The notes: generated by a model not told the origin, from the letters alone. Numbered from the stretch's first letter, positions 1 to 13,860 are shown. The stretch: 64,000 nt of DNA from Takakia lepidozioides (GCA_030704615.1 CM060731.1:2790001-2854000), one strand, 5' to 3'. A program made the numbers and translations.

Positions 1-207
1 TGTCTTCTGGGGTACATCTCTCTCTCCAGATAAATTCTTCTTGTTCTCTGTAGGAGAGATTTTAGTCTTCCGGCTTGCTTACCCTGTAGAAGATGCTTCA
101 TCCAAAATCACTGGGGCTTCTCTCTTCTGTCTTGGAGTAAACTCAAAGCATTGATGCTTGACATCCAACCAACAAAGTGAGTTGGGAGAAGAAAATATGT
201 TTCTGAC

Positions 208-3200
208 CTGCAGTCCTTGGTCATCACAAAAGCCTTCCAGACGAACTAAGTTCTTATGATGGAGCCTGCTTAGCAACAACACCTGAAATGAAATAAAAAC
301 TTTTAGGCTCAGCCTTTGAAGTTATCAGACTACAACATCACCACGCATCTTTTGAGCATTGGACTGACAAAAGACAGTAGTCCTTCTTCGGGGTGAAGTA
401 AGCACATTCTACACCTTCCTCAATCCAGGTGGGAGATACTATCAAGCATTGTAGACTGAAGGCAGAGAAAAGTGGAACGAGGAACTGCTGAAGAATTTAC
501 AACTGTAAGTCAACAAATTAAAACAAAATCAGGGCAACATTTCTAGTCTAATTCAGGTTGAGATCTCCCAAACCGCGGGGCCCCAGCCCTGGTGCTTGGT
601 ACCGTTGGAAAGCCCTCAATGAGGAGGGGTGCACCGACTTGGTCTCATAATTTTTGGTCCTGCGGTGTGGGAGATGTGGAATTTCAAGTACTTTTGGTCG
701 CTGGAAATTCGTGAAAAATAGCAAAGTGGGCTTTCCTGGAAAAATGACGTGGATACATAGGGGATTGCACTTGGACTTAGATGACACTGGACACTTGGGC
801 CAACGGCACAGGCTACCCTAGTGCTTTCCTGAATCAAGCTAAGTTGAGTATTGGAAGTCAGCTACATCTGACCAATGAAGACAAGACATACAATGTGATG
901 GAGAAAGAAAAATAGGATAGGTTTCTTCAGTTGGCCAATTATAGTATACCATGTCATAGTTTGTAATGATATTTGGAAGGAGCTGGGTGTATTGCATTTG
1001 TCCCATACCTCATTGCGGAACTCAGACTGATCGGCTGTACGGCCTGAAGCACGCTTTATGGCTAGAGTCTTCCCATCCTTAAATGTCCCAAAATAGACTA
1101 TGCCAAATCCTCCCGATCCAATTTCATGCGTTGGATTGAAGCCCTCTGTTGCCTTTGCTAGTTCTTCGAAGGTGTATCGCCGAACCCCTTGGGGAGCTTC
1201 CCAATGCACATTGGCATCTAATAAAATGCAAGAAATGCACTCAGTGGCCACACTTCAATGACAACAAAGAACAAAAAGAAGGTCAGCAGGGAGCAGACGG
1301 ACATGGGAATGAAGAGTGGGCCCAATTTCTTCCTCACTCCGAAAGCTCGAACAACACAAGTGTCCTTCTAAACAGGATTCCAAACCCAATAGCTCCCCTC
1401 AAATACTAGCCCAAAAGAACCAGGCAAAGAGCTCAGTTTAAAGCTCTGATTTGATGTTCAATGATCAGTCTCTCTCCTATTCTCACCTATATCTCGCACA
1501 TTGAAGACATCTCCATGAGGCACCGTTGATGTCCTCTTGCGCTTCCATTTTCTAAAGAGAACAAGCCCAACAAAGACCACAGCAATGGCTGCTCCTAGAG
1601 TAACAAACACTGAAATAACCACAGTGGAGCTCCGCTTGGATGTTGAGTAGTCTGCATACAAAGGTATACGTCACATCGTTCAAATCCAAACTCAAGGCAG
1701 AGAAAGCTGTCAAGGAAAGAAACTCCTTGATACAATAATGACTTCAAACAGTAACTTCCTGGTGTTCTACTACTACTAGTGTCTATGTCATGGGAAGGCT
1801 CTTGTTGAGCTGTTTGTAACCAGAATACAGCTCAGTGGAGTGGGAATATGCAGTCAATCAAATCATTATATTATCATTATCGTTACTGAGTATTTCTACA
1901 TTGTGCTACACTCAAACTCTAATCCCCATAACTATTAGGCCATTAGAGTACTTGGCAAGGTCTTCAGTAATGAAAGGTAGAGAACATGCATTGAACTCCT
2001 TCGAAGAGAGTTGGTGAGATAAGGCTGTAATAGAGACTGTCCACTATGGTCTCTGTAGACAAAGAAATCATTTGAAAAGCTACTGAAGATCAGCTGAGTT
2101 GTTTTAAGAGGTAGGCATACAACCTCGACTGCATGTACAGAGGGTGGAGTTGGCCTGCTTTTGGAACCTGGGACAAGATGGACATACTGTGCCTGTAAAA
2201 CATGATCAATTAGGCACCCTAGATTTCAACAACACTTGATACTGCAATGGTACCGAGCTGACAAAGAACACAAAATTGAATCCTCTGAAGCATCTATGTG
2301 ATGCCACAGGCTTGTCCCCTCACATACACACAGCCTCTCTCTTTCTTCACTGACTGTTGATGGTGACAGCAAATTTGGGAAGTGCAGTCCTAAAGGGCAT
2401 TGGCTCATCACTTGTTTTCTGTGAGCTGAGCCTTTGCTCACCATTATTTGTTTGATCTTGAAAAGCCAGACAAGCCGAATGGATATGGCATGTGTCATCC
2501 AATCTGTCGGTTTGTGCCGTGAAGCAATTGTGTTTGATGTCCCAGCGTCTGCACCCAAAATACCCATCCTTATGCTATGTGTAGGCAAGCAGCAAACAGA
2601 CCTTGTTAACGTGCAGATATGGCCTTGTCAAAGGTGAGCTTGAGGCGTACCTCTCTGAAACCAGATCTTCAAAACACACAGAAAACTGCTCATTCTTGAC
2701 ATTCCTTTTCATGGGCTTCTTCTCTGCCTCATGTGGGTGTAGTAAATGTGAAAACAGAAAGAGCTATTAAGAAATCAGAAGCCATGTATCTGCAGAAAGT
2801 ACTCATTGACCCGCATGGAGGCAGAGAGAGAGCACTTACGACTCATTTGTCTTGGAGGTTAGTATGTCCCCTGTCAGGTAGTTGCACTGAACATTTCTGT
2901 CGAAAACAACACAGCATTAATTTCTTCCAAGGGTAAAACCTCCTAAAGAGCAACAACACTCCAATGCAATCTTATGGAACACAATGCCTTGCGAATTTGC
3001 ATTAAGGATAATAATTTCCAGACAACTGATAGGAAGGAAAAAATGATTTTGCTTAGAGAGCCTCTACTAAGTGTGCCTTTCTCTGCATCTCACTTGTTAT
3101 GTGTTCTTGGTCACGATGGAGAAGTAGGTTAGCTATGATCGACCCTGCAAGACATACACCCTGCAGGATGTAAATCCTCCCAGAAGCAGCAGAAGTGCTT

Positions 3201-6200
3201 ATGGTATTACAGTTAAAAAGCCATCTTACATGTTCAGAGCTAGTTACACATGATTGAGTGCTGGCATCGACATTAGACTGGCAAGGATGATGTGGAATCC
3301 AGCAGAGACACTGTTTTCACATTAACATGGAGGTGACTTGACTATGGTAGCACCTGGGCAAGGGCAGATGTGACACTTTGTGATTGCACATGCTCTGCCA
3401 GAGCACTAAGGGACCAGAGACAAAGATAGGGAGTGTGTATGTGTTGATGATCTGGAGCCCCAACAGTTTCCATCCAAGAGAGAAAAAATGAAAGAAAGAG
3501 AATTGTTAACATCCACAGAAGGCCACAAGGCCCCATGACAACAATAAACAATGGTGCCGCATCTTCCAGAGGGCCACAGAGACTACTCACACTTCTTTTG
3601 GGGCATTGGTTGGATTGAAAGATGGAAAGGGTCCGTACAGTTGGTTTTCAGAGACATCCCTGGGCCAAACAAAGCACAAACACCTTACAACTGCTATCAT
3701 TGCCTGTATCCAATTGTTCCCTTTCCAGACACTCTCATATTGAAAAACATACAAAAAATGATGGTTGCATGGTCTTCTTCTAATAAAAGAGCCTAGCAAA
3801 CAGAGTTTTTGGAGAAGTAGATTACGAGGATTGCGGCCATGGGGAGTGGGGAGAATCCCAATCAGGACATCATGTAAGGTAATAATTGATAAAGACTCTT
3901 ACATATACTGAATCTGCCGCGATTGGAGTAACCATGGCTTGAATTTCCCATACAGATAGTTTATCTTCAACCGCCTGCATTTCAAGAAAGATGCAGTTTC
4001 ATTCATCATGTCGAATGGTGCAAGTGCTCTGTGTTCGCACCAATTGGAAGACAATGAAATTACACACAGATCGATGGTAGAGGAAAGAACCATACAGCAC
4101 AGTGAGATTGGCCATGTTCTTCCATGTGTCAGGGATGGGTCCTGTAAGGTTGTTAGAATATAAATGCCTGCTTACACCCATACAAGTACACAACACCCAC
4201 GCTCTTTTTCAGCCCCTTAAATGTTAGACAGGCAAATGCTTTGTTTGTCTGCAATCCAGAAGATATAACATAATGCCGTACCCTATACAAACATAGCCCA
4301 CAAAGACAAACATCAGGATAGGACAAGAACAGCATGGCCAAGACCAGAAAGACCAGGAAGCCAGGAAGCAATATTTTATCTTCTTTGCCATCTTCCTGGA
4401 GAAGTGATTGCAAAAATGTCCCAGCTCTGATTTCAATTCTGGCGAATTTGATGTTTGGTCATAATGAGGCACAACCAAGCAGTGCAAGTATGGCATAGCT
4501 GCCCGTTTAGTTGAGGGCGGAAACATGTCCTGAATTGTACTGAATTGAATTATGGAACTAGAGGAGGGAGAGAGGAGGCCTCCCTTGACATAACAAACAG
4601 ACGCAAGCAATGTTAAAAGGTGTGTCGATTCTCACAATGTTTGCATGCTCTTGAGATTTCCGAATTCGAAGGGGAGTCCACCCCAGAGGTTGCAGTCGTG
4701 GAGATTTCTGCACCATGCATTTCCAGATCAATAAAGCTGATGTGAATCATTCTCATAATGAGCTCTGTTTGAAAACCCAAAGAAAGCGTCGATGCAGAAG
4801 TGGCGTGTAAAATTCACGAATTGGGTACATATTCAGGAAAGTGCAGTGAGACACATGCAAAGAAGAAGAAAGAAAGGAACTATGTAACGTCCACCGAGAG
4901 ACAAGAAAGCGAGTGGGGCCTCCACAAGCAGCGCGAAAATAACTGTATTGATCAAGGGTGATTGTCTAAAGATATGCTGCTAAGCATTTCTGATCCTCGT
5001 AATGAAACACCTCTGTGCGAGATTAGCTATCTCGGAATAGACAATGGTATCTCCCACGGATCTTATGATAGAAAGGACAGAGATGTTCTTCTTTTTCGAT
5101 TTACCTCCTATCATCCCGGGCGCAAGCGGTCCTTACGCTGTACTCTCTATCCGCGGACTGTGGAAGCCCACTCTAAACCTCCAGAAAAAGGGCGATAGAG
5201 CTGTAGAGAGGTAGTTGGGCTGCAAGATTCCAACATCATGGAGGACCAAGAATGTCTCCAGATAGAACTGCAGTATAGCTGTAAGAGCGGCTGATTTCCA
5301 GGTTCGCCTGACGTGAAGTTCCATCAGCTCTCGTCTAATGCATCTGTTGCGGTCATGCTTTTGGGGCATCAGGGAAGCCACGGAGAGTCCGTGGCGCTCA
5401 AAAAGCTGAAGACCCGAGCATCCGAGGAGGTCTTGAAACCAGCTTTTTTGAGCCTGATGGAGGTTGCGAGGGCCCGGGCTGGTAGCCATTTGGGCGATAG
5501 CGCTTACAACCTTGTTAGAAAGATTGGAAGCCGGAAGTTTGAAGAGGTACACATGCAAATTCCCCATATATACCGTGTTGTACCTCTACCCCCAAGCATT
5601 CCTTGGAGGAAAGACGATTGCAGGGGTTCCAGGATGTCTCCCACCAGGGAAACACGACAGCAGGGGCCCACAACTGACAGCCATAAGTGGCGGCCGGGGT
5701 GACGACCGAGTCGAAGAGCCACTTTTCAGTTGGGGTGACGCAGGTGTACTTGTTTCCATCTAGCCTGAAGGCCTGGAGGCAGCCTTGCCCTTCTTCAATC
5801 TGTCAGTAGTGAATGGATAGCCAGACCGCAAGTATGAGTATGATTTGACCAGTGAAGGTTGCAGGGGGAGTTCTCAGCAGATGTGCCCACCAATATTGGG
5901 GTGAACCAGGGCTGCCCTCTCTCACCTACCCTATTCTACAAGGACGTTTTGGAAGGCTAGATTGCGAATTGGCTCAGCGGGGGTGCCTTTGGATGGGGGA
6001 CAAACACAATCGATGCTTTTCTACGCCGATAATGTTGTCCTATCGGCACAATTTCCCGTCTTCCTACAAAGGCACCCTCGCATACTAGAAGAGTTATCCA
6101 AAGACTCCGGGCTGCAAGCCAACCTCAGCGAACCAAAATCATGGTTTTCGAAGGCCTCGCTGATCGGAGATTCCTCTGCAACGAGCAAGAGATAGTCTCG

Positions 6201-9200
6201 CACATGGATAGGATGGCCCATATGATGTCCGGAGGGACCCCTGTCCTGTGTAATCTGCCGAGGGACAGAAAGTAATCCTAGGGAGAACGGACATATGACA
6301 AACGACCAGGAAAGAAAAAAGTTTGACATCAACGATTTACTGAGCATACAGCTCTACGCACAGCTAATCAAGCGGCCGATAGACGGAGAGAGAGAGAGTT
6401 ACAGATAGATCAGGTGAACAAGACTCGCGAGTTCTGGAGGAATTTCCGAGTCGAAGTTGTTGTGATATAAGCTCCTGTCAAAGTTCATGTTACAAGTCAA
6501 GCATTAAAATCTCAATATCCCTTGCAAACTCAAAATTCTCTTCTTTTCGTCCTCCCGACGAAATCGCAAAGAGAAAGATCCGCACGGGACTCCATTGCAT
6601 TTGAAAGACTTTATGTATAAGCTAACCCCATCCCTATAGTGTCCTTCCTTCCATAAACCTTCGCTCTGCTACATGAGCTGACCACTCTGTGCATCTATGA
6701 TATACCAAGTTACTTTGCTACAAGACGGAGATTGCATATGTGACTATCAAGAGCAGCATGAGAAAAGGATATGTGCCCAGAAGACGTACAGGTCGACCAA
6801 ATCCACCAGATCTCCAAGCTCTTTAGGCAGAGGCCCGTCCATGGAATTATTCCCCAGATATCTGCCATCCAACTTTCTCTGTTTGTTTTGACAAGTGGAT
6901 AGTGCTGAACTGAAGGACTGAACGGAGAAAGAAAAAGGAGGTTTTCTATGATTATGACTCGAGGCACATCCTCAGGACCACGACACACTTGTTCTGCAGG
7001 CGAAGAGCTTGTAGCTCTCTGATCAAAATTTGGTTATGACTCAGCTTAAACTGTCAACTTGAAACCAGAACTTTTTAACCCCCAGCGCGGGAAAACTTTT
7101 AAACCGTCGAATTCAGTCTCAGTGTCTCACTCCTTGATGAATGGTATCAAATTTTGCATGTAAATGCTCTTGCAAGAATAACCTTGGTCTGATCCTCACT
7201 GACCAATATATCTTGAACATGAAATGTGCCACCGGAGGAGGGCACCAAAGGGGCAGAGAGAGAAAAGTGGAGCTCGGTGCTTTTTCTGCTCGCAGAGTTG
7301 AAAGTGGATGATGCTTACAGATACTGGAGCTTTGAGAGCCTGGAAATGTTTGTGGGAAATGGTCCTGTCAGGTATAGGTTGTCAAGCCTCCTGCATCGAT
7401 GAAGATCAATAGAACATACTTTTAGAAAAATCCACAGTATAATTATGATCTATCTAGAAGTAGAAAACTGCTCCCCAAATCGATACACCACTGTGTTTAG
7501 GAGAGCCTGAGCAACATTATGTTATTCAAATGACGAGTGCATTTCAAAAACTGGGGTACTGAGTCCAAACAAACATCCCCACCCCCACTACTGCTGCACG
7601 CATTTAATTTCTTTTCTAGACCTGTGCTGCAATGCATGGTCTCTCTTTTTCCTGACTTTCATGAATTCTTCCATTTCATTTCAAATTTTATGGCTTAGAA
7701 CGTACACATGATCATGGAGACCTGTCTGTAGAAAATTATTTTGTGTGAGATTAGAGTGTCTTAACAAGCAGACTATGAAAGCTTTGCGAAAGAAAGCAAA
7801 TTATCCCCAGGCTTATGATCTGGTCGACTGCACACAGTCCTGGTTCAAGCCTCCATAATTTGCATCACACAATTATATCCAGTACTTAATTAGCTGCCCA
7901 GGAACACAGTGGGTGACACGGTGATCTGGTTAGAAAGACACGTACAGATCCATGAGCTTGGTCAGATTTAACACCTCCGTGGGAAATTGATTACCTCCAG
8001 GTCCGGCCAACAAACTGTACGATAAGTTCCTGTAGCAGCAAGAATCATATCGATGTATTGATCACAAGCAGCTAATAAAGCTTCTTAAGTATTTACTATT
8101 TGATGGTGCAGGAAGCACTGAAAATGTGTAGACTCTGAGGTTGAATTGGATAATTAATTAACCATGATACATGAATAATTATTTACTGTCTCTGTAGCAG
8201 TTCTGGCTCTCCCTATATCATACTGTCAATTGGTTACAGGGCTCTGAGCTGGTTGGCACGGCATGACGAAATTCTGGCTCTCCTCTTAGTCTCGAGCGGG
8301 TCTTTTTAATTGTACTAGCTTACGACCTTCCTGATGCTTATGAGCCTGCATCATTTCTATTGCAAATGTACATCAAGAAAAGGATTAAGTTCAAGGTAGA
8401 ACATAGGCGTACAGAGACTGAAGATTCGTCAGGCTGGCTATTGGAAAAAGATCACCGGTGATCTTGTTCCAGGTTCCATTTGAGTGTATGGTATTGCCAA
8501 GATCCAGATTCGTGAGTGATGTGAGCGTGCTAATAGACGAAGGTATACGTCCTTGGAGTCCTTTGTTTGTGAGATTCCTGCAAGGAACAAGCAAGCTGTC
8601 GTGAACTTGTTATATCCACATATGCAGGTCAAGCCCTAGCGTCCATGTTCAGTCAGCACGGTTAGAGTACTTCTGGCCAGTCAGTTTGACCTCTTCTGTC
8701 CAGACAGCTTTCTCGCGCACTTAAAGAGGAAGCCACCAGCCCCTATCCTGAAAAAAGCTCTCGAGCAAACTGTGGACCCGAGTCTATGATTCACATAAAT
8801 TACCTTCAAATCGGTCTCTACATGCTGTACATATTAGCGAATGATAAATTTATAATTTCATGATTGGTCAACAGATGTCTAGGGAGCAACCAGGATGTCA
8901 AAAGTAGAGTTAGCTCGGAAGAGGAGAGATCAATACAGGGTGTTGACATGGCCTCTTTCGTCACAAGTGACGCCCGTCCAATTCTGGCAAGGGTTGGATC
9001 CAGATACCCAAGATGGCAAGGAGTTGATAGCAGACCAGGATTTGGCCATCTCCACCAGCGCATCGCCTACTCTTCACACGATCAAAAACACATTTAGCGT
9101 TCGAATACATGGCCCCTTTTGGTAATCTACCAGACTCATCACTCCAATGTTGATCAATCACATTTCACTCGAGAAATTTTCATGAGATCTCAATCTGATG

Positions 9201-9938
9201 TACATAACTTTATCAAAAAATTGAGCATGTCCTTGACTTCGAAAGTGCTGTGATTCCTCTGACGTCCAACTGCACAGAAAAGCTGATCACTGAAGATAAA
9301 TTAACTAGTATGTTCAGAACAAATTTGTTAGGTCGCTTAACCTGGACTGGAAAAGAAACTTCCAGGAAACTTCCTTGAAATGAGATTTCCTTGAACCCAA
9401 ATTTTTAACGTGACAGACCATTTACACCCCCGCGGAATTAGTTGTCTAGCACTCGGAGACAGAGCGCTGGCCTAGTGCAGATGGACTTTTAGAACTCTTA
9501 AAATCTGAAGGTCCCTGGCACCTAAGAATCTCTAAGAATGAGCAGGGACCTCTAGTGTACCAAAGACGATAAAGTTGATGTCCTTGCATGGTCACAATCA
9601 TCTCGCTCGCGCGAGCGAGTTAGTTCATAATATCATCTGTCTGGCGCACCCTTTGTGAAGGCATAAACCCCCGGAGAGAGATGTAGCAAGTGTTGTATGG
9701 AACCTTAGGATATATCTAGGCTCTGAGGAGCTGATCGCTTCCATATTACGAAGAATCTTCCGGACGTGGTTCGGTAACCTGGGGCCTCGCCTGTGGCCCG
9801 TGGGTGTAGTTAAAGAGAGGGTGTGTGTTTAGTTACTTCAATTGATATCGTACCTTCAAGAGGCGTGGCAGCACCTGAAATAATCAAAGAGATGAGCAAC
9901 ATCGCCATTCCGACAATAGATCGCCATGTTCTTGGCAT
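208..9938 (-). CDS. LRR receptor-like Ser/Thr kinase, multi-exon, 3' part continues beyond the window start
   Basis: Exons read on the minus strand: signal peptide MPRTWRSIVGMAMLLISLIISGAATPLE (9938-9854); LRR N-cap ...SWVSGSNPCQNWTGVTCDERGHV (9066-8938); single-LRR exons near 8578-8412, 8029-7946, 7390-7319, 4708-4637, 4166-4095, 3659-3591 and 2894-2839 with the LxxNxLtGxIP pattern; TM helix plus basic stop-transfer VVISVFVTLGAAIAVVFVGLVLFRKWKRKR (~1650-1476); kinase start YTFEELAKAT..IGSGGFGIVYFG..LAIKR (~1217-1009) and LLSRLHHKNLVRLEGFC (282-208). Confidence 0.9.
562..821 (+). mobile_element. Possible non-autonomous Helitron-like element in an RLK intron
   Basis: Ends in an imperfect hairpin CTTGGGCC-AAC-GGCACAGG followed by CTAG|T (818-822), the usual Helitron 3' signature. 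The 5' end is uncertain. Confidence 0.35.
5034..5865 (-). mobile_element. Degenerate RTE/RTEX-like LINE, 3' segment (post-RT region to C-terminal Cys/His region)
   Basis: Broken ORF2 remnants LVKSYSYL, DILEPLQSSFLQGMLG, ELHVRRTWK, RFRVGFHSPRIE, CPFYHKIRGRYHCLF. Clearly homologous to 13300-13860. Confidence 0.7.
5870..6188 (+). mobile_element. Inverted reverse-transcriptase segment of the same LINE
   Basis: GVNQGCPLSPTLF (~5899-5937), LFYADNVVL (~6016-6042) and GLQANL../TKIMVF are non-LTR RT core motifs, frameshifted. Confidence 0.75.
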
Positions 9939-11547
9939 TGACCTGAGGCTTGGACGCAGAGTGCAAAATCATAAAATCAGCTCCACAAACCCTATTGTCG
10001 ATACACGTGCATAAGTCCAACAGTACCTGTACACTGCCTGTACATAGCAAATTTTATGTCGCAATTCATCCGAATCATAGGCCTGAAACTGATCTAGACC
10101 AACCTACAGTAAATTAAAGGCATTAAAAGAGATGCCAAGTGCTATCATACACAAGTCAATGTTCCACCGCAGACCTCAAGTGATGGAAATCAATCACCAA
10201 CTACTTCAGAAGATAAACTTGTTCAGTTCAGACTATCTAGAAAACTTAAATTGCTTTCGTGAATGTTCAGAAAACCTTGTCCATCTGGAGCCTTGGATAA
10301 CTGTGAACATTTGAACTGTACTTAAGGTTAGCCAGAATAATCTTGACTGGATTCCAAATCATCAGTCAAGTTCTCCGCCTCTTAAGTAGATGCACAGAAT
10401 TGAAGCAATGGCAGTCACTAAATAAAGATAGCTTTAAACCTACAGGTGCACGCGAGCTATGTTCAGCTTTATCATACTAGGATACTGAATCCTGCAAGTA
10501 TCAAGCTACAGAAAAATTGCACAAGACCACCAAGATGCCATGCATGCAATCCTTTCAATCGAGTAAAATTGGTACAAAATCCAATGGGTAACTCGAAATT
10601 ACATGTAGTGGGTTGCAGCTGCGCTTTCCTTAAGTACTGTAGTTGCATTTACCTTCCATGGAGGTTATCCAAGTATGCGCATCCGAACACAACAGATCAA
10701 ATGATGAAGATCTAGAGCTGTAGATTAAACCTTCCCATAACTAATTTAGCTACATGGAGGCTACATGTCGCGCTCATCTCCCTGTCCCTTATCCAGCTCT
10801 AGCCGTGTCCCCAATTCGCCTTCCGATGCCGCACACCCCACACCTTCCTCCCGCTCTGTCTTGTCCTAACTTTCTAGACTCTCTAACCCCATCTTTTTCA
10901 GTTTACCGCTTATGACATCCTTCCGACCCACTCTCTCTCTCCATGGGCTCTCAATGCATCTCAGTCTTTGGATGTCCACAGCCCCATGGATACACAGACA
11001 CGGACAGACACACTGCACACGCTCTGATCCTTTGTTTTCATCAACAGCTCCATCTATACATTCATGTGTACTACTCTGTACAATCTCATTGCAATTAGCC
11101 ACCGTACTTCAATCTCTCCACATGACCCACAAACTGGTACCATTTTCTTCTTTCTCTCTTTATAACGAGCTCCTTCTTCTCGTCCTCCTCTGAACCAGTT
11201 ATTCCAGTCCTGGGCGAGGTCCACCCAGGAAAGGACCGGAGAAAAGCTTGGAGGTCGGTAGAGAGCGTCAGACGCGGCAGCACAAGTTGACTGGCAGGGC
11301 AGCACTCTTACCGACTTTCAGTGTATCCAAATTACATTCCCTCCCACTTCATCCATTCACACGGTTTGTTGCCCAAATCATTCATCCGCTTTCTCATTGT
11401 TGCAGACATTGCCAGTTTCATCCATCCTTTACGTCGCAGGTGTCTCACTTCATCCACATGCTGGACGTTGGTTGGCTCTCTTTCTAGAGAGAGAGTCAAC
11501 AGAGAAAATGTGGTCTAGGCACTGATGCGTGTGTTGTGTTGAGTGAC

Positions 11548-11878
11548 GAGTCATGCTTACTTCCTCTTATGGTTTGCCAAAGAGCCCATCGCCATTTGAT
11601 CACCGTTTTTTATTGGCTCCTCTTTATTCTAAAGAACAGACTATGCATCAATGTCAAAAATCGTGGAGCCCCCTCTTATGCCTTAACCTCCTCTCCTTTG
11701 CTCCAAAATAGTTTATGATGTACCTCCTCCAAGTAACACCTCTCTCAGGTAATATCTGTGTTATTGGACAATTGAAGGAAAAAAAGGATTGGATTTTTAA
11801 ATTTATAATGGATGAAAGTGGATTCTACTATTTACAAAGAGGAGCCATATGTAGCTAGCCACTTGTTTTGTTTCACTC
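11548..11878. repeat. Dispersed repeat family; fragments also at ~15409-15567 and ~22730-22830
   Basis: Shared strings: taacacctc...ttataatggatgaaagtggattctactatttacaaagaggagccata against ttattatggatgaaagtagatttcgctattcacaaagagtagccata; and gtcatgc...cctcttatg..ttgccaaag...catcaccgtttt. Confidence 0.6.
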
Positions 11879-11932
11879 GTTTCCTTCCTTGTAAAAATGG
11901 ACTTCATCAACCAAGTTATTCATTTGTTTTAA

Positions 11933-12756
11933 CCCTTAAGTTCCCAAGCGACCTGAATCGGGTCACTTTGAATTTGCAGGGTCGACCTAATTTTTGCAGA
12001 TCTAATCTGATGGGGCCCACTCCTGAAGCTTTAATGACAAGGGATTTGTCTCGAGTATGATGCAAAAAAAAAAATTAAAAAAAAAACAAAAGCTGCGACT
12101 TACAAAATTATCTTAGATCTTTAATTTACATTTTGGGGCCTGAAATGGGCTGTTGACCGCTGACGTGGCAGGTAAACAAGCCCAAAACAGATTGCACTCC
12201 AAAGGCCATTTTTGGCAGAAAATTAGCAATTTTGGAAAAAACACTTCACTTGTGGTGTGTGAGCATTACATACACACATCCACCGTTAGCTTTTAAAAAA
12301 TTTGTAGAAAAAAAAGTACTTCATTTGGAGGCACATTTTCTCTTGTCAATTTTGAGATTTCAACCCCCATGTAATTGCATGAATAGCAAGCATAGGTGAA
12401 AAAATCAGTTGGACCTGCAATTTAGTGGGGTCATGGCCACTCCACTATTGATTTGGAAATGGTGGGTCTTGGGGCAAGCAAAATTGGATAAAGCTAGGTT
12501 TTGATTTGGTCAAACCAATTTCTTTCTCACTTTTTATTTGGGACCTGATATTTGAGGTCCGGGCCAACGCTATAATCCCATAAATTTCCATGGTGGACTT
12601 GGCTCATTTTTTGGTATGTCATGCATAAATGAGTTGGGCCCATTGCTATAAGGCTGGAATCTGTGGATGATTTTTGGTAGGTTTCTAGGGGCAATTTACT
12701 GCAGCTGGGTACCCAAAATTGGTAAAAAGTCAAAAAAGGGCTTGGGAACTTAAGGG
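11933..12756. mobile_element. Non-autonomous piggyBac-like DNA transposon (MITE), 824 bp
   Basis: Perfect 17-bp TIRs CCCTTAAGTTCCCAAGC (11933-11949) and GCTTGGGAACTTAAGGG (12740-12756), with TTAA on both sides (11929-11932, 12757-12760). No transposase ORF. Confidence 0.8.
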
Positions 12757-13299
12757 TTAAAGACCACTGAGTTAGGTAGAAAATATCAGGAGTTAACTTA
12801 CAAACTATTACTGTATACCCGTGACTGTTGGGTGCCTTAGGTCATGCAAGATATTTTGACCATGCTTGCAGCCCGTCCATCCTAGACCACTGCTGAAACT
12901 TGGGGCCTACTTTTATCCGGAGCCACGCTGCACTAGTCACGTGTTTCCATTGGCGATCACTCTCGACCCTCCACCCCCACCTCTGGTTAGCAATCTGATG
13001 CTCCCCATATTGACCAGGGTAATTTTCAAGTGAATGCAATGTGTAATGTGAACCTCCGCTTGCCCTTCACTGTAGATGACAAGAACTGTGAAGACGAGTT
13101 TTTATAAGCTTGGTAGAGAAGCGATGATTTTCTAGCAACAACGCTCTTAGATAGTGGGGAATAGTTCAAAGGCATGCAACATAGGGGAATGAGACACTGC
13201 AATGCAAGGGGGCGAGACACCGAGTCACATACCAACCGAGCTTTTGATGCGAACAATATTGTGTCGACTAGTCCTGATTGTGTCTGAGTAGCTCGGCTA

Positions 13300-13860
13300 C
13301 TCACCATAGCCAACGACCCTCCATACGGTATGAATTTTGGATAATAGTTTGGATGACGATGGAATAGACAATGGAATCTCCCACATCTCATAGTATACTA
13401 GAGGGCAATAGAAGAAGAAGTCTTCTTCAGTTTCAATTTCCTGGTTGCGCCCTGAGGAAGCTGGACATAGGCGGTCCTCCCGCTGTAGGTTTTCCCATCT
13501 GCCAGTGTCTATCCGTAAGATTCTATCATCTCGGAGAACCAAGAATGTTTCTCAATAGAAATGGAGCTTTGTCGTGAGATTGGGTAGCTTCCAAGTTCTC
13601 CTGACATGTTGTTCCATAAGCACCCTTCTAATGAGTCTGTTGCGGTCTTGCTTGGATGTGATGTCTACTCCTTCTCGATTCATTGGTAATAGTGAAGCAA
13701 CATAGAGTCCATGGCGTTCAAAAAAGGTATCCACTTGAGCATACTAGGATTGTTTGAAACCTGCATTAAGTGGATTGTCATCAGCTATACGTGGGCAATG
13801 GATGGGACTTTTAGGTATCCCATGCCAGTTGCTATACTGCAGTCTGAGATCCCCTACTAT
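13300..13860 (-). mobile_element. RTE/RTEX-like LINE 3' remnant
   Basis: FFERHGLYVASLLP..EQHVRRTWK and LRIDTGRWENLQREDRLCP..EIETEEDFFFYCP resemble the IETGR..R.ERLC..E.E.HF..CP C-terminal zinc-knuckle region. Broken frames. Confidence 0.7.

Noticed and set aside
4883-6494. TGTAACGT...ATGTTACA ends suggesting a solo LTR around the LINE remnant
   Set aside because: The flanking 5-mers (AACTA, AGTCA) do not form a TSD and there is no second copy in the window.
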